DNA from: a virus
IMG/VR virus record: IMGVR_UViG_3300028920_001037
Location: 1-64,000 of that record
DNA length: 64,000 nucleotides
Strand: one strand, 5' to 3'
The first letter of the stretch is position 1. Every line of letters starts with the position of its first letter. Shown piece after piece: positions 26,977 through 36,900 of this stretch. The position numbers were made by a program, and so were the translations under genes. The notes under the pieces were generated by a model. That model ran no database searches. It had not been told where the DNA came from and saw nothing but the letters and a program-made list of their open reading frames with translations.

Positions 26977-27369
26977 TTATCTTATCTCCATCGTTTTTGG
27001 TGATGCTGAAAGACTAAAACTAAAATTTTGGTCTAAGGTTAAGAAAGGTTTCTCACAGGGTCCACCTTTTCCCCCAAATTCTACATGATTACATCTATGA
27101 GCAGTTATCTGAGCTTTAGCTTTGGGTCCTATTAAACTTTTAATTGCATTAAATACTGCACTAGTATTGTTTTCATCCTCGTAAACTGCATCAATATAAA
27201 CTCCTGTTGATACTTCTTTTATTTTATTACTACCAAGAACTTGTGTTTTCAATGCTGGTTTAGATTGTTTAGTATCAGTTACAATATCAGTTGATGTATT
27301 CAAAATATTTTCAAGTTGAGAAAGTTTATTTTCTCCTTCAACATATCCTGTTATTCTTATTACTGCCAT
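26977..27369 (-). CDS. Hypothetical protein
   Basis: Last gene of a late operon. Confidence 0.6.
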   Translation of the reverse strand: MAVIRITGYVEGENKLSQLENILNTSTDIVTDTKQSKPALKTQVLGSNKIKEVSTGVYIDAVYEDENNTSAVFNAIKSLIGPKAKAQITAHRCNHVEFGGKGGPCEKPFLTLDQNFSFSLSASPKTMEIR

Positions 27370-27371
27370 TT

Positions 27372-27575
27372 TTATTTTTCTTCGGAAATTACTTTATTAA
27401 TACTACTTAATATGGTATTTTTAACAGCGCTTGTACTTTCAATTCTGATGTCATTATCTTCGTTGGGAAGATATTTCATATTTGCCGCTACCTCACTAAC
27501 AACATCTTCTATATCTTGGTTATCGCGGTGGCTGATTGTCATTTTGATTTCAACATTGGATGTGGTAAGTTTCAT
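27372..27575 (-). CDS. Hypothetical protein
   Basis: ORF within the operon. Confidence 0.55.
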   Translation of the reverse strand: MKLTTSNVEIKMTISHRDNQDIEDVVSEVAANMKYLPNEDNDIRIESTSAVKNTILSSINKVISEEK

Positions 27576-27576
27576 A

Positions 27577-27951
27577 TTAATACATCTCTGAAGCTGGTGT
27601 TCCGTAGTCTTCGTCTGTTCCGTAACCTGCTGAAGCTAATGTATCGGCATCTGCTTCTACATCGCTCATATCAACAGGCTCATCATATTCTTCCTCTGCG
27701 CTAGATTCAATATAGCTTTTAAGAGCTGAAAGAATATTATAGTCATCATCAAAGACTTGTGGGTTAGCTGATTTCATATCACTAACAAAATCTGCTATAA
27801 TACTTTTAACATCACCCATCATTTCTTCAAGAGTGTTTTTCTTTTCTGTTTCCTTAGAGAGGTCTACGACTTCTTCAGGACCATCTTTTAAATTGAGATT
27901 AAGGTTTTCTTCTTGCGATAAACCTTCTTTTAAATATTTTTCGAAACTCAT
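27577..27951 (-). CDS. Acidic protein with capsid-targeting-like N-terminus
   Basis: MSFEKYLKE. Confidence 0.65.
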   Translation of the reverse strand: MSFEKYLKEGLSQEENLNLNLKDGPEEVVDLSKETEKKNTLEEMMGDVKSIIADFVSDMKSANPQVFDDDYNILSALKSYIESSAEEEYDEPVDMSDVEADADTLASAGYGTDEDYGTPASEMY

Positions 27952-27952
27952 A

Positions 27953-28246
27953 TTAAATATCCTCTATTTCATATGCATTTAAATCCCAAATAAATTCTTT
28001 AATAGTTAAACCATGCTGTTCTAAAATTTTATTAATATCTTTTCTCATATTTATCATAAAAGCTTTTTGTTCTGGAGTTGGTTTATAATTTTTCATCGTT
28101 TGTCCAGTAACGCCGCGACCCATAAAAGCTTTTGTAAACCTATGTTCTTTTGGTCTAATTCGCATGGTAATATCATATTCTGCCACTTCTTCATTTGGAT
28201 TTATATCTGAGTATATATTTTCTTTTAAATATTTTTCGAAACTCAT
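27953..28246 (-). CDS. Protein with capsid-targeting-like N-terminus
   Basis: MSFEKYLKE. Confidence 0.65.
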   Translation of the reverse strand: MSFEKYLKENIYSDINPNEEVAEYDITMRIRPKEHRFTKAFMGRGVTGQTMKNYKPTPEQKAFMINMRKDINKILEQHGLTIKEFIWDLNAYEIEDI

Positions 28247-28247
28247 A

Positions 28248-28892
28248 TTAATAGCCCCCTTCTTTATCTAGCTTATCACTTTTCTGATAAGTCATATGGT
28301 CTGGATTAGTTTTAATATCTTCTGGTTTTTCATAGACATCAAAAGTTTCTTCGTTGTCATTAAGTTTTGTATAGGCCATTTCCATTGAGGTCTGGTCTTC
28401 TTTGAGTTCTTCTCTTGTGAAGATAAATCTGTTATAAATCTTTTCTTCGCCTTCATCATTTGAAACATCATAGTTCTTATCTCTATCTTCAGTTATAGCA
28501 GATTCGTCTATAAAATTATAATCTTTAATTTTCTTCGCTAACGCTTTAGCAATATTATTATAGGCAGGATATTTTTCGGATGCTCTCCAGTAGAACTTAG
28601 TTGGGTTTTTAAGTTCAACCCATTCTGAAAGAGCCTCAACAAAAGCATTTTCAACTTCTTTTGTTTCTTCTATGGTTTCGGTATTGCCTAACCATTTCTT
28701 ACGGAGTTGAAGTTTCCATGCACCGTCATCATATTCTGTACCTTCTGATTCAGCTATACATGAATATGTTGTTCCACCAACTTTAAAATAAATTTCGAAC
28801 CCACCTTTCGCTCTATCAAACCAGACATTACATCTGCCCATTCTCATGTTTGGTGATTCTAATTCTTCTGTAAGATACTTTTGAAAACTCAT
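28248..28892 (-). CDS. Protein with capsid-targeting-like N-terminus
   Basis: MSFQKYLTE; AAGGAG RBS. Confidence 0.65.
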   Translation of the reverse strand: MSFQKYLTEELESPNMRMGRCNVWFDRAKGGFEIYFKVGGTTYSCIAESEGTEYDDGAWKLQLRKKWLGNTETIEETKEVENAFVEALSEWVELKNPTKFYWRASEKYPAYNNIAKALAKKIKDYNFIDESAITEDRDKNYDVSNDEGEEKIYNRFIFTREELKEDQTSMEMAYTKLNDNEETFDVYEKPEDIKTNPDHMTYQKSDKLDKEGGY

Positions 28893-28935
28893 GTTGACTC
28901 CTTTAAAAATTAAAAGCTTATAACACTCTTTATTA

Positions 28936-28943
28936 TATTTATA
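28936..28943 (-). promoter_or_regulatory. Late promoter TATAAATA
   Basis: Exact intergenic octamer. Confidence 0.7.
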
Positions 28944-28946
28944 ATA

Positions 28947-30131
28947 TTATATTTCAAGAAAATCAGCTAATCCCTTTTTTTGTCCGGTTTTTACAGGTTC
29001 TTTTTCAGGTTCATCCTCATGGAAACCAAACATATCTTTAACGTAATCAGCTGGTAACCTATTTTTATCCTTAGATTTAAGGCTTTTAAACACATCTGGA
29101 TCTTTATCAATTGCCATTCTCATTATATCAATATCAGGATCTTCTATATAAGTAACTGCATATGGATCAGCCTTAACAGCGGCTTGTTGAACTTCTCTTG
29201 GTGGATCTTTAATATTTTTAATTCCTAATGGCGATTTAGTAACTGCTCTAAGCATATCTTCTATTTCGACTTTTGCTCTTTCACTTTCAGCAGTTTTACC
29301 ATAAACATCTTTAACATAAGCTGCCCAAGGACCTCTTAAATCTTGACTAATTCTAGTAAGACCTTTATATGGATTATCAAAATAAAATGACATTGGATTA
29401 CTAATATATCTTTTATCATCTAGTATTTTTTTAATCCTAAATGAATCCAACTCTTTATTCTTTGTAAATATTGAACCTGTATTATGTTCTAAATCAAATA
29501 CATAATCCAAATATTCAAACTGTTTACGCTGGTTTACATTAGGAACATCTAATGCTTGAATAGCTGATTCCGCTATATTCTTCCACGCACTTCCACCATA
29601 TTGATCGCTTATCCAACCACTTCCATCTGCAAATGCAAACTTAGCAAACTCAAATAAATCAAAAGGTCTATATCCATATTTCTTCATAAATTCTTTTGTC
29701 ATTTCATAAACATCTTTATAACCTTGTGCATAACTTACTTTATGTGGTTCCAATATAAGTTTATCCGATGATGTTCTCTTGTCTGGGTCTGCAAAATATT
29801 TAACATAATCCAAGAAAAATTTCTTTACTCTATCTCCACCTTTTAACCATTTTGGTGGCTCACCTTCTAATGCTGATGGTTTTCTAAAATGTAAATAGTG
29901 CGCGATTTCAGCTGATATTGCTAATTTTAAATTATATAAAAGTTCTTTATACCAATAATCTATAATGGTTTTTTGTGCATCCTTTAAAGCATAAGCTAGA
30001 TCTTCATCTCTTAAAGAATCTGGATTTATAACAGACAATGCATAAAAATCATACATGGCAGAATAAAAGTCTTCTGGTTTATAATGCCAGTTAGAAAAAA
30101 GTTCTTTAAGATAATAATCTTTAAATCTCAT
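28947..30131 (-). CDS. Protein with capsid-targeting-like N-terminus and C-terminal DUF4116-like repeats
   Basis: MRFKDYYLKE; three AV...P..I..I.DP repeats. Confidence 0.65.
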   Translation of the reverse strand: MRFKDYYLKELFSNWHYKPEDFYSAMYDFYALSVINPDSLRDEDLAYALKDAQKTIIDYWYKELLYNLKLAISAEIAHYLHFRKPSALEGEPPKWLKGGDRVKKFFLDYVKYFADPDKRTSSDKLILEPHKVSYAQGYKDVYEMTKEFMKKYGYRPFDLFEFAKFAFADGSGWISDQYGGSAWKNIAESAIQALDVPNVNQRKQFEYLDYVFDLEHNTGSIFTKNKELDSFRIKKILDDKRYISNPMSFYFDNPYKGLTRISQDLRGPWAAYVKDVYGKTAESERAKVEIEDMLRAVTKSPLGIKNIKDPPREVQQAAVKADPYAVTYIEDPDIDIMRMAIDKDPDVFKSLKSKDKNRLPADYVKDMFGFHEDEPEKEPVKTGQKKGLADFLEI

Positions 30132-30388
30132 TTTTTATTCTCCATATATTTTTTATCTGTTCTTCTAACTATTTTATAACCTTTTGTATATAAATAATTT
30201 ATTATATTGCAAGATTCTTTAAATGCTGGATCTTGATTGTTAACTGCATATAACAAATCAACTTCGGCATTTTTAATAGCATCTATCATTATATTTCTAG
30301 TTTCTTCTATAATTTGAAGATCTATATCATCACTTTTACTTTCAAGTATTTCATTTTCTTTCAGTTGTAAAAAATCTTTAAATCTCAT
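30128..30388 (-). CDS. Protein with capsid-targeting-like N-terminus
   Basis: MRFKDFLQLKE. Confidence 0.6.
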   Translation of the reverse strand: MRFKDFLQLKENEILESKSDDIDLQIIEETRNIMIDAIKNAEVDLLYAVNNQDPAFKESCNIINYLYTKGYKIVRRTDKKYMENKK

Positions 30389-30648
30389 TTTTTATTCTCC
30401 ATTCTCTTTTGACCTACTTTACCAAAATAACTTATTCCGTTTGCTAATGAATAAAGAACTATAACACTTTGTGGAATAGTTTGTATTGCTCCTTTACTTA
30501 AACACAATCCCGTCCAAACTCCCCAGAAACAAAGATTAGAAAGTACAACACAAGTTAAGAAACCAAACCTTACAGATGACCAATGTTCTCCACCATTCTT
30601 AAACATTGATGATAGTCTATGCAATAATGTATCGATAAATTGTTTCAT
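30385..30648 (-). CDS. Two-TM membrane protein, possibly holin-like (probable start 30648)
   Basis: SSVRFG followed by two hydrophobic segments and a basic C-terminus. Confidence 0.5.
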   Translation of the reverse strand: MKQFIDTLLHRLSSMFKNGGEHWSSVRFGFLTCVVLSNLCFWGVWTGLCLSKGAIQTIPQSVIVLYSLANGISYFGKVGQKRMENKK

Positions 30649-30659
30649 ATTTATATCCT

Positions 30660-30836
30660 TTACATAAATAAGTCTTTTATTTTTGACCAATTTGTTTTTG
30701 GTTGTTGTGGTGTTGATTTAGCTTTTTTAACTTTTGTTTGTAAAGTTTTTATAGTATCAACAGAATCGGATTTGATTTCCATTGAGTACGAAATACTTAA
30801 AAAAATTAAAGTAATTATAAGTATTATTTTTTTCAT
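30660..30836 (-). CDS. Small secreted protein (58 aa)
   Basis: Manual translation MKKIILIITLIFLSISYSMEIKSD...; signal-peptide-like; ATGA overlap with the upstream gene. Confidence 0.55.
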   Translation of the reverse strand: MKKIILIITLIFLSISYSMEIKSDSVDTIKTLQTKVKKAKSTPQQPKTNWSKIKDLFM

Positions 30837-31132
30837 TTTGTAAATTTTCCTTTTAATTTTTTAGCTTCTTCTAGTGCTATTTTATATTCTTCATTTGTTG
30901 GAAACCTTTCGGTTAATCTTTTAATAGCATTTACAATCATCTTTTTATTTTCTTCATCTAGAAAACCACGACCAATCATAGTATAATAAAAACCATTTAA
31001 GATTTCATCAGAAGATAAATTACTATTATTAACTTCATCTAATTCTTTATCGGTTGGATCTCTGTATATAGTTTCATTAAATATACTAGGTTTGCTATTA
31101 ATGTTTTCTTTTAAATATTGTTTAAAGCTCAT
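30833..31132 (-). CDS. Protein with capsid-targeting-like N-terminus (start MSFKQ)
   Basis: MSFKQYLKE; ATGA overlap with the cca stop. Confidence 0.6.
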   Translation of the reverse strand: MSFKQYLKENINSKPSIFNETIYRDPTDKELDEVNNSNLSSDEILNGFYYTMIGRGFLDEENKKMIVNAIKRLTERFPTNEEYKIALEEAKKLKGKFTK

Positions 31133-32580
31133 GATTCTTTCCAATCCTTAACTAGTTGTTCTATAGTTTCCATATCGTCTAATGGTATTTCATTATCCAT
31201 AACATAATCAGTTACGTCTTTAATAATGTCGCCCATTTTCGGTCCTGGTTTTATATCCGGGCGGATCCGCATAATCAATTTACCATTGATAACTTTTCTA
31301 ACAGCATCAACTGCGTCTTTACCTTTTGACCATTCTTTAATCTTATTTATCTTTTCTTGTATTTCATTCCACTCTTTCTGGTCATATAAACTTCCTCTTG
31401 CTTTAGTATCTGCCAATGCAACTTGTTGTAACACATCAAAATATGGAGATTTCAATAATTGTGCAATGGTCGAGTTACTCATCTTTGGAATATTAAAATA
31501 GTTCATATGATTACTAGCCGCAAAAATTAAAGCGTCTTTCATCTTATTTTGTAGTTTAAGTCTGTCTGCAATTTTTTCCAATATGCGTTTTGACTCTCCT
31601 TCATGACCATGATATGTATGAGTTCCTTTTTCTGTATCAAACTTATATGTTTCTGGTTTACCAACATCATGTAAAAGTATAGCCATATTAACTGTTGGGT
31701 CATTTCCTTTGTAAGTTCTAAGAGCTGCAATTGTGTGTTGAATGACGTTGCCTTCTGGATGGTGAGCAGGTGTATGCTGAAACCCTTCCATAACATCAAT
31801 CTCTGGAAGAATGTATTGTAATAGTCCAACATCTTTCATCATTAAGATGGCATCAGCAAATTTAGTTCCCGGTTCTTTAGCCATCTTTAAAACTTCTTTC
31901 ATTATTCTTTCGGCGGCTTGACCCTTAATTTTATCAGACTGTGATTGAATTGCTTTAAAAGTTTCTGGCTCTACATTAAATCCCATACGAGAGGCAAAAC
32001 GAATTGCTCTAAGCATTCTAATATAATCTTCTGTAAATCTTTCTTCTGGATTACCAACAGTTCTAAGAACTTTATCTTTAATATCTTTCTTACCATCAAA
32101 ATAGTCTAGAATATTTCCATCTCTATCTATTGCCATTGCATTAATTGTAAAATCTCTACGAGCAGCGTCATCTTTAAAGTCTGGAACTATTGTTACTTTA
32201 TCCGGATGTCTGCCATCAGTATACGTTCCATCTGAACGAAAATTAGAAATTTCAAAATTATAACCTTTATATTCTACAACCACAATACCAAATTCTTTAT
32301 TTCTTCCGATGTCATGTGATGGAAATAATCTATCGACAGTTTCCATAGGAACATTGGTTGCTATATCAACATCATCGAAATCTTTTCCTAATATAATATC
32401 TCTGACTGCACCACCAACGATATAGTTCTTTGAATCTGGTTTAGCTTTCTTTAGTTTATCTAATATTTCAACACCTGCTTTAAGTGGTGGAGTTTTTTCA
32501 ACGTATTCTTCCCAGTCACCAAAGCGATCTTCGTCTTCAATATAGCCTTCTTTAAAAATATAAAATTCTTTAAATCTCAT
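31129..32580 (-). CDS. cca: Class II CCA-adding tRNA nucleotidyltransferase with HD domain
   Basis: VGGAVRD, DVDIAT, RRDFTINA, ED..RMLRA.RF, LLHDVGK; extra N-terminal MRFKEFYIFKE. Confidence 0.9.
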   Translation of the reverse strand: MRFKEFYIFKEGYIEDEDRFGDWEEYVEKTPPLKAGVEILDKLKKAKPDSKNYIVGGAVRDIILGKDFDDVDIATNVPMETVDRLFPSHDIGRNKEFGIVVVEYKGYNFEISNFRSDGTYTDGRHPDKVTIVPDFKDDAARRDFTINAMAIDRDGNILDYFDGKKDIKDKVLRTVGNPEERFTEDYIRMLRAIRFASRMGFNVEPETFKAIQSQSDKIKGQAAERIMKEVLKMAKEPGTKFADAILMMKDVGLLQYILPEIDVMEGFQHTPAHHPEGNVIQHTIAALRTYKGNDPTVNMAILLHDVGKPETYKFDTEKGTHTYHGHEGESKRILEKIADRLKLQNKMKDALIFAASNHMNYFNIPKMSNSTIAQLLKSPYFDVLQQVALADTKARGSLYDQKEWNEIQEKINKIKEWSKGKDAVDAVRKVINGKLIMRIRPDIKPGPKMGDIIKDVTDYVMDNEIPLDDMETIEQLVKDWKES

Positions 32581-32589
32581 TTTTATTCC

Positions 32590-33216
32590 TTAAAAAATAA
32601 ATTTATTTACTAGTGTATATCTAATATTAAAGATACCAAACAATATTTGAATCTCTTTAAGACATTCATTCATTCCACCACCACATAAAAGACAGTTATT
32701 AAAATCTCTTTTTAGTTCAGCTATATTTATATCTGGATTCCATATTGTTATACCTTCATCTTCTATAGCTTCAAATCCATTATTATAATCTTCTTCTGAT
32801 AATATATTCTTCCATTGATCTAAAGGTACATCTCTACTATCAGTAATTTTATTATTATACATATATCTTAAAGTTTGTTTAACTCCATTTTCACTAATAC
32901 CATGATCTAAAAAGTCACGAAAGAATGAATAACCTTTATCATAAAAATCAACATTATTCCAATCCCAATCAGTATAAAGACTTTCATTGTATTCTGCAAG
33001 CCAGCTTCTAATAACATCAGGTGAATCCTCACTTGCTATTGTTTCGGGGCCATTATAGAAATATAATATATTTTTCTTGATACTAGTTAAAAAATCTCCA
33101 AATTCTGTTAGGTCAAACTTAATATTATCTTTATATAAAGGTTGCACATCAACAACGACTAGGCTACGAAATGTGCTTCCCATACGTTCATTTAGATAAT
33201 ATTCTTTGAATCTCAT
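32590..33216 (-). CDS. Isochorismatase-like fold protein with capsid-targeting-like N-terminus
   Basis: MRFKEYYLNE; VVVDVQP...K...LCGG...ECL. Confidence 0.55.
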   Translation of the reverse strand: MRFKEYYLNERMGSTFRSLVVVDVQPLYKDNIKFDLTEFGDFLTSIKKNILYFYNGPETIASEDSPDVIRSWLAEYNESLYTDWDWNNVDFYDKGYSFFRDFLDHGISENGVKQTLRYMYNNKITDSRDVPLDQWKNILSEEDYNNGFEAIEDEGITIWNPDINIAELKRDFNNCLLCGGGMNECLKEIQILFGIFNIRYTLVNKFIF

Positions 33217-33959
33217 TATTTACCGCGTCTCTTTTCTAACCAGTTAGAATACGACATATAGTCTTTTAAAAGTGTTATAACATCATTATATGTTTTAAGT
33301 TCGTTTAAATCTTTTATCTTTGCATATTTGCTTCTTTTGGTAAGGAAAAGTATTTGTTTAGGTAAAACCATCCAGTATCTTTGTATATCAAATATTATTT
33401 CTTCTTCACCACCAACAGGCGGAAGTTCATTATTATATTCCTTATATGTTTGATGAATCTTATCAAGAACATCGTTATATTCTTCTTCATTCTCAATATC
33501 TTTTATAGGTGTAGTTAAATCTCCCATATTTAATTCTTTTGGGCTTTTATCCGATAAGATTGCAATATCATTTGTAATTGGTGATACAAAAGACTTAAAT
33601 GGTTTAATTGGAACCATAATTCCTGGATTTCCAAAAACAGAAAAGGTATGTAATTTGTAAGTTGCAAATGCTGGTTTTCTAATTCCTAACTTTCTTCTCA
33701 CCATATCGGCTGCTAATTGATTTCGACCAACTAAAAAACTACCACGAAATACAACATCACCATCGACTTCTTTCCTATCATTAATAACTTCTACAGCAGG
33801 CCACGGCCCTCTATTTACAGAAAAGGATCTCCACACAATATCCTTATTTGATAAATCAAGACTATTAATATCATTAATTATCAATGGCAAACTATCGGTC
33901 AGCTTGCCTCGTTCTGGATAGACTATATCTTCTGATAAATAATAATCTTTAAATCTCAT
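33216..33959 (-). CDS. Protein with capsid-targeting-like N-terminus
   Basis: MRFKDYYLSE; first gene after a late promoter. Confidence 0.65.
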   Translation of the reverse strand: MRFKDYYLSEDIVYPERGKLTDSLPLIINDINSLDLSNKDIVWRSFSVNRGPWPAVEVINDRKEVDGDVVFRGSFLVGRNQLAADMVRRKLGIRKPAFATYKLHTFSVFGNPGIMVPIKPFKSFVSPITNDIAILSDKSPKELNMGDLTTPIKDIENEEEYNDVLDKIHQTYKEYNNELPPVGGEEEIIFDIQRYWMVLPKQILFLTKRSKYAKIKDLNELKTYNDVITLLKDYMSYSNWLEKRRGK

Positions 33960-33977
33960 ATACTTATACCTCTTATA

Positions 33978-33985
33978 TATTTATA
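33978..33985 (-). promoter_or_regulatory. Late promoter TATAAATA
   Basis: Exact octamer upstream of a GAGG RBS. Confidence 0.7.
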
Positions 33986-33989
33986 TTTA

Positions 33990-36900
33990 TTAGTTTAACA
34001 TCATAACACGATTATTTAAGGATACTACAGCACCTGAACTAGAACTTGATTCAGAAGACTCTGAACTGCTAGATTCAGATGAACTACTAGACTCTGAACT
34101 TGAGCTTTCAGATGATGAGCTAGATTCACTAGAACTAGATGATGAACTTGACTCGGATGATGATGAGCTAGATTCTGATGATGAACTTTCAGATGAACTG
34201 CTTGATTCGGAAGAAGATTCTTGTGCCAGTTCTAAATAAAGTTTACTTATATAAAATTCATGAAACTGACTTCCAGTAGATTCATGATCTATTCTTAATA
34301 TAATATCTCCAGCACTTAAATAATCAGAAGAATCTAAAAGACTAAATGCTGAAGTGTATGGAGAACTAGCATCTGGAAAATCTGTAGTTGCACTTGTTAC
34401 ATCATCCCATTGTGATAGAGTATAATTCCATTGTTTCAATTTTACATTATGTGATGGGCTTCCATCATAATATCCAGTAAAGTTTAAAATAATATCAGTA
34501 GATGGTACATCATCATATTCACCATATTTAAAATCATATACAAAACCTGGAGTACCACTAGTTTCACCCAATACTAAATTATTACTGCTACTTTCTTTAT
34601 ATACGTCTGATAATTGACCAGCCAGTATACTACCAACTACAACATTTAAGGATGAAGGATTCCACCAATTATCAGCCTCACTACTACTAGATTCAGAACT
34701 TGAGCTCGACTCACTAGAACTTGACTCTGAACTTGAACTTGATTCAGATGATGAGCTTTCTGACGAACTTGATGATTCTGAACTTGAACTTTCCGATGAT
34801 GAGCTAGATTCACTAGAGCTACTAGACTCCGAACTTGAACTTTCAGATGATGAGCTAGATTCACTAGAGCTAGATTCTGATGAACTGCTTGACTCACTTG
34901 AACTTGATTCAGATGAAGAACTTGACTCACTAGAACTCGACTCAGACGAACTTGACGATTCAGAACTACTTGATTCCGAACTAGAACTCTCTGATGAACT
35001 TGACGACTCAGAACTAGAAGATTCAGACGATGAACTAGACTCTGATGAACTAGAACTTGACTCAGATGAAGAACTTGACTCAGATGAACTAGATGATTCA
35101 GAACTAGAACTTTCCGATGAAGAACTTGATTCACTTGAACTGCTACTAGATTCGGAACTTGAACTTGACTCAGATGAGCTACTCGACTCAGATGAGCTAC
35201 TACTTGATTCACTTGAACTAGATGACTCAGATGAGCTACTACTTGATTCACTTGAACTAGATGACTCAGATGAGCTACTTGATTCAGATGAACTAGAAGA
35301 AGAACTTTCAGAACTAGAACTTGAAGATTCACTACTACTACTTGACTCAGACGAACTACTACTTGATGACTCTGAACTTGAGCTAGACTCTGAACTTGAG
35401 CTACTAGATTCCGATGAAGAACTAGATTCCGATGAAGAACTAGAACTAGATTCGCTTGAGCTACTTGACTCCGATGATGAACTAGACTCAGAGGAGCTAG
35501 AACTAGATTCACTTGAGCTAGATGATTCTGATGATGAGCTTGACTCAGAGGAACTAGAACTTGATTCTGAACTACTACTTGACTCACTTGAACTGCTAGA
35601 TTCAGATGAGGAACTAGATGATTCAGAACTAGAACTTGACTCACTAGAACTACTTGATTCTGAACTTGAGCTACTAGATTCACTAGAACTACTTGATTCA
35701 CTTGAACTAGATGACGAACTTTCAGAACTAGAACTAGACTCACTTGAGCTACTGCTTGATTCTGAACTGCTACTTGATTCAGAGGAACTAGAACTTGATG
35801 ATTCTGAACTACTACTTGACTCAGAACTAGAACTAGAACTTTCTGATGAACTACTTGACTCAGATGATGAACTTGACTCAGAGCTAGAACTCGATGATTC
35901 TGAACTGCTACTCGACTCACTTGAACTTGATGATGAACTTTCTGAACTTGAGCTTGATTCACTTGAGCTACTGCTTGACTCGGAAGAACTTGACGATTCA
36001 GAACTACTGCTTGACTCAGAACTGGAACTAGAACTTTCCGAACTGCTAGAAGATTCTGATGAACTTGATGATGAACTTTCTGAACTTGAGCTTGATTCAC
36101 TTGAGCTACTGCTTGACTCAGAAGAACTTGACGATTCAGAAGAGCTAGAAGATTCACTACTTGAACTTGATTCAGAGGAACTACTGCTAGATTCCGATGA
36201 AGAACTAGATTCCGATGAAGAACTAGAACTAGATTCTGATGAACTACTAGATTCACTTGAACTGCTACTAGATTCTGATGAACTGCTTGATTCGGATGAA
36301 GAACTAGATTCTGATGAACTTGAGCTTGACTCTGATGATGAACTTGACTCACTAGAGCTAGATGATGAACTCTCCGATGATGAGCTTGACTCAGATGAAC
36401 TAGAACTCGATTCACTAGAACTGCTTGATTCTGAACTTGAGCTAGATGACTCAGATGATGAACTTGATTCTGATGAAGAACTTGATTCACTTGAACTAGA
36501 ACTTGACTCCGATGATGAACTAGACTCACTCGAGCTACTACTTGATGATTCAGAACTACTACTAGACTCACTTGAGCTACTACTTGATTCCGATGAACTT
36601 GATGACTCAGATGAAGAACTAGAACTCGACTCACTTGAGCTAGATGATTCTGATGAACTAGATGATGAACTTTCCGAACTAGAGCTAGATTCTGAACTTG
36701 AACTAGAAGATTCCGAACTACTACTAGACTCACTTGAGCTACTGCTTGATGATTCACTGGAGCTACTTGATTCGCTAGAACTAGAACTTGATTCAGAACT
36801 ACTGCTAGATTCTGAACTAGAACTTGACTCTGAACTTGAACTACTAGATTCAGATGATGAACTTGACTCAGAACTAGAACTACTACTTGATTCAGATGAA

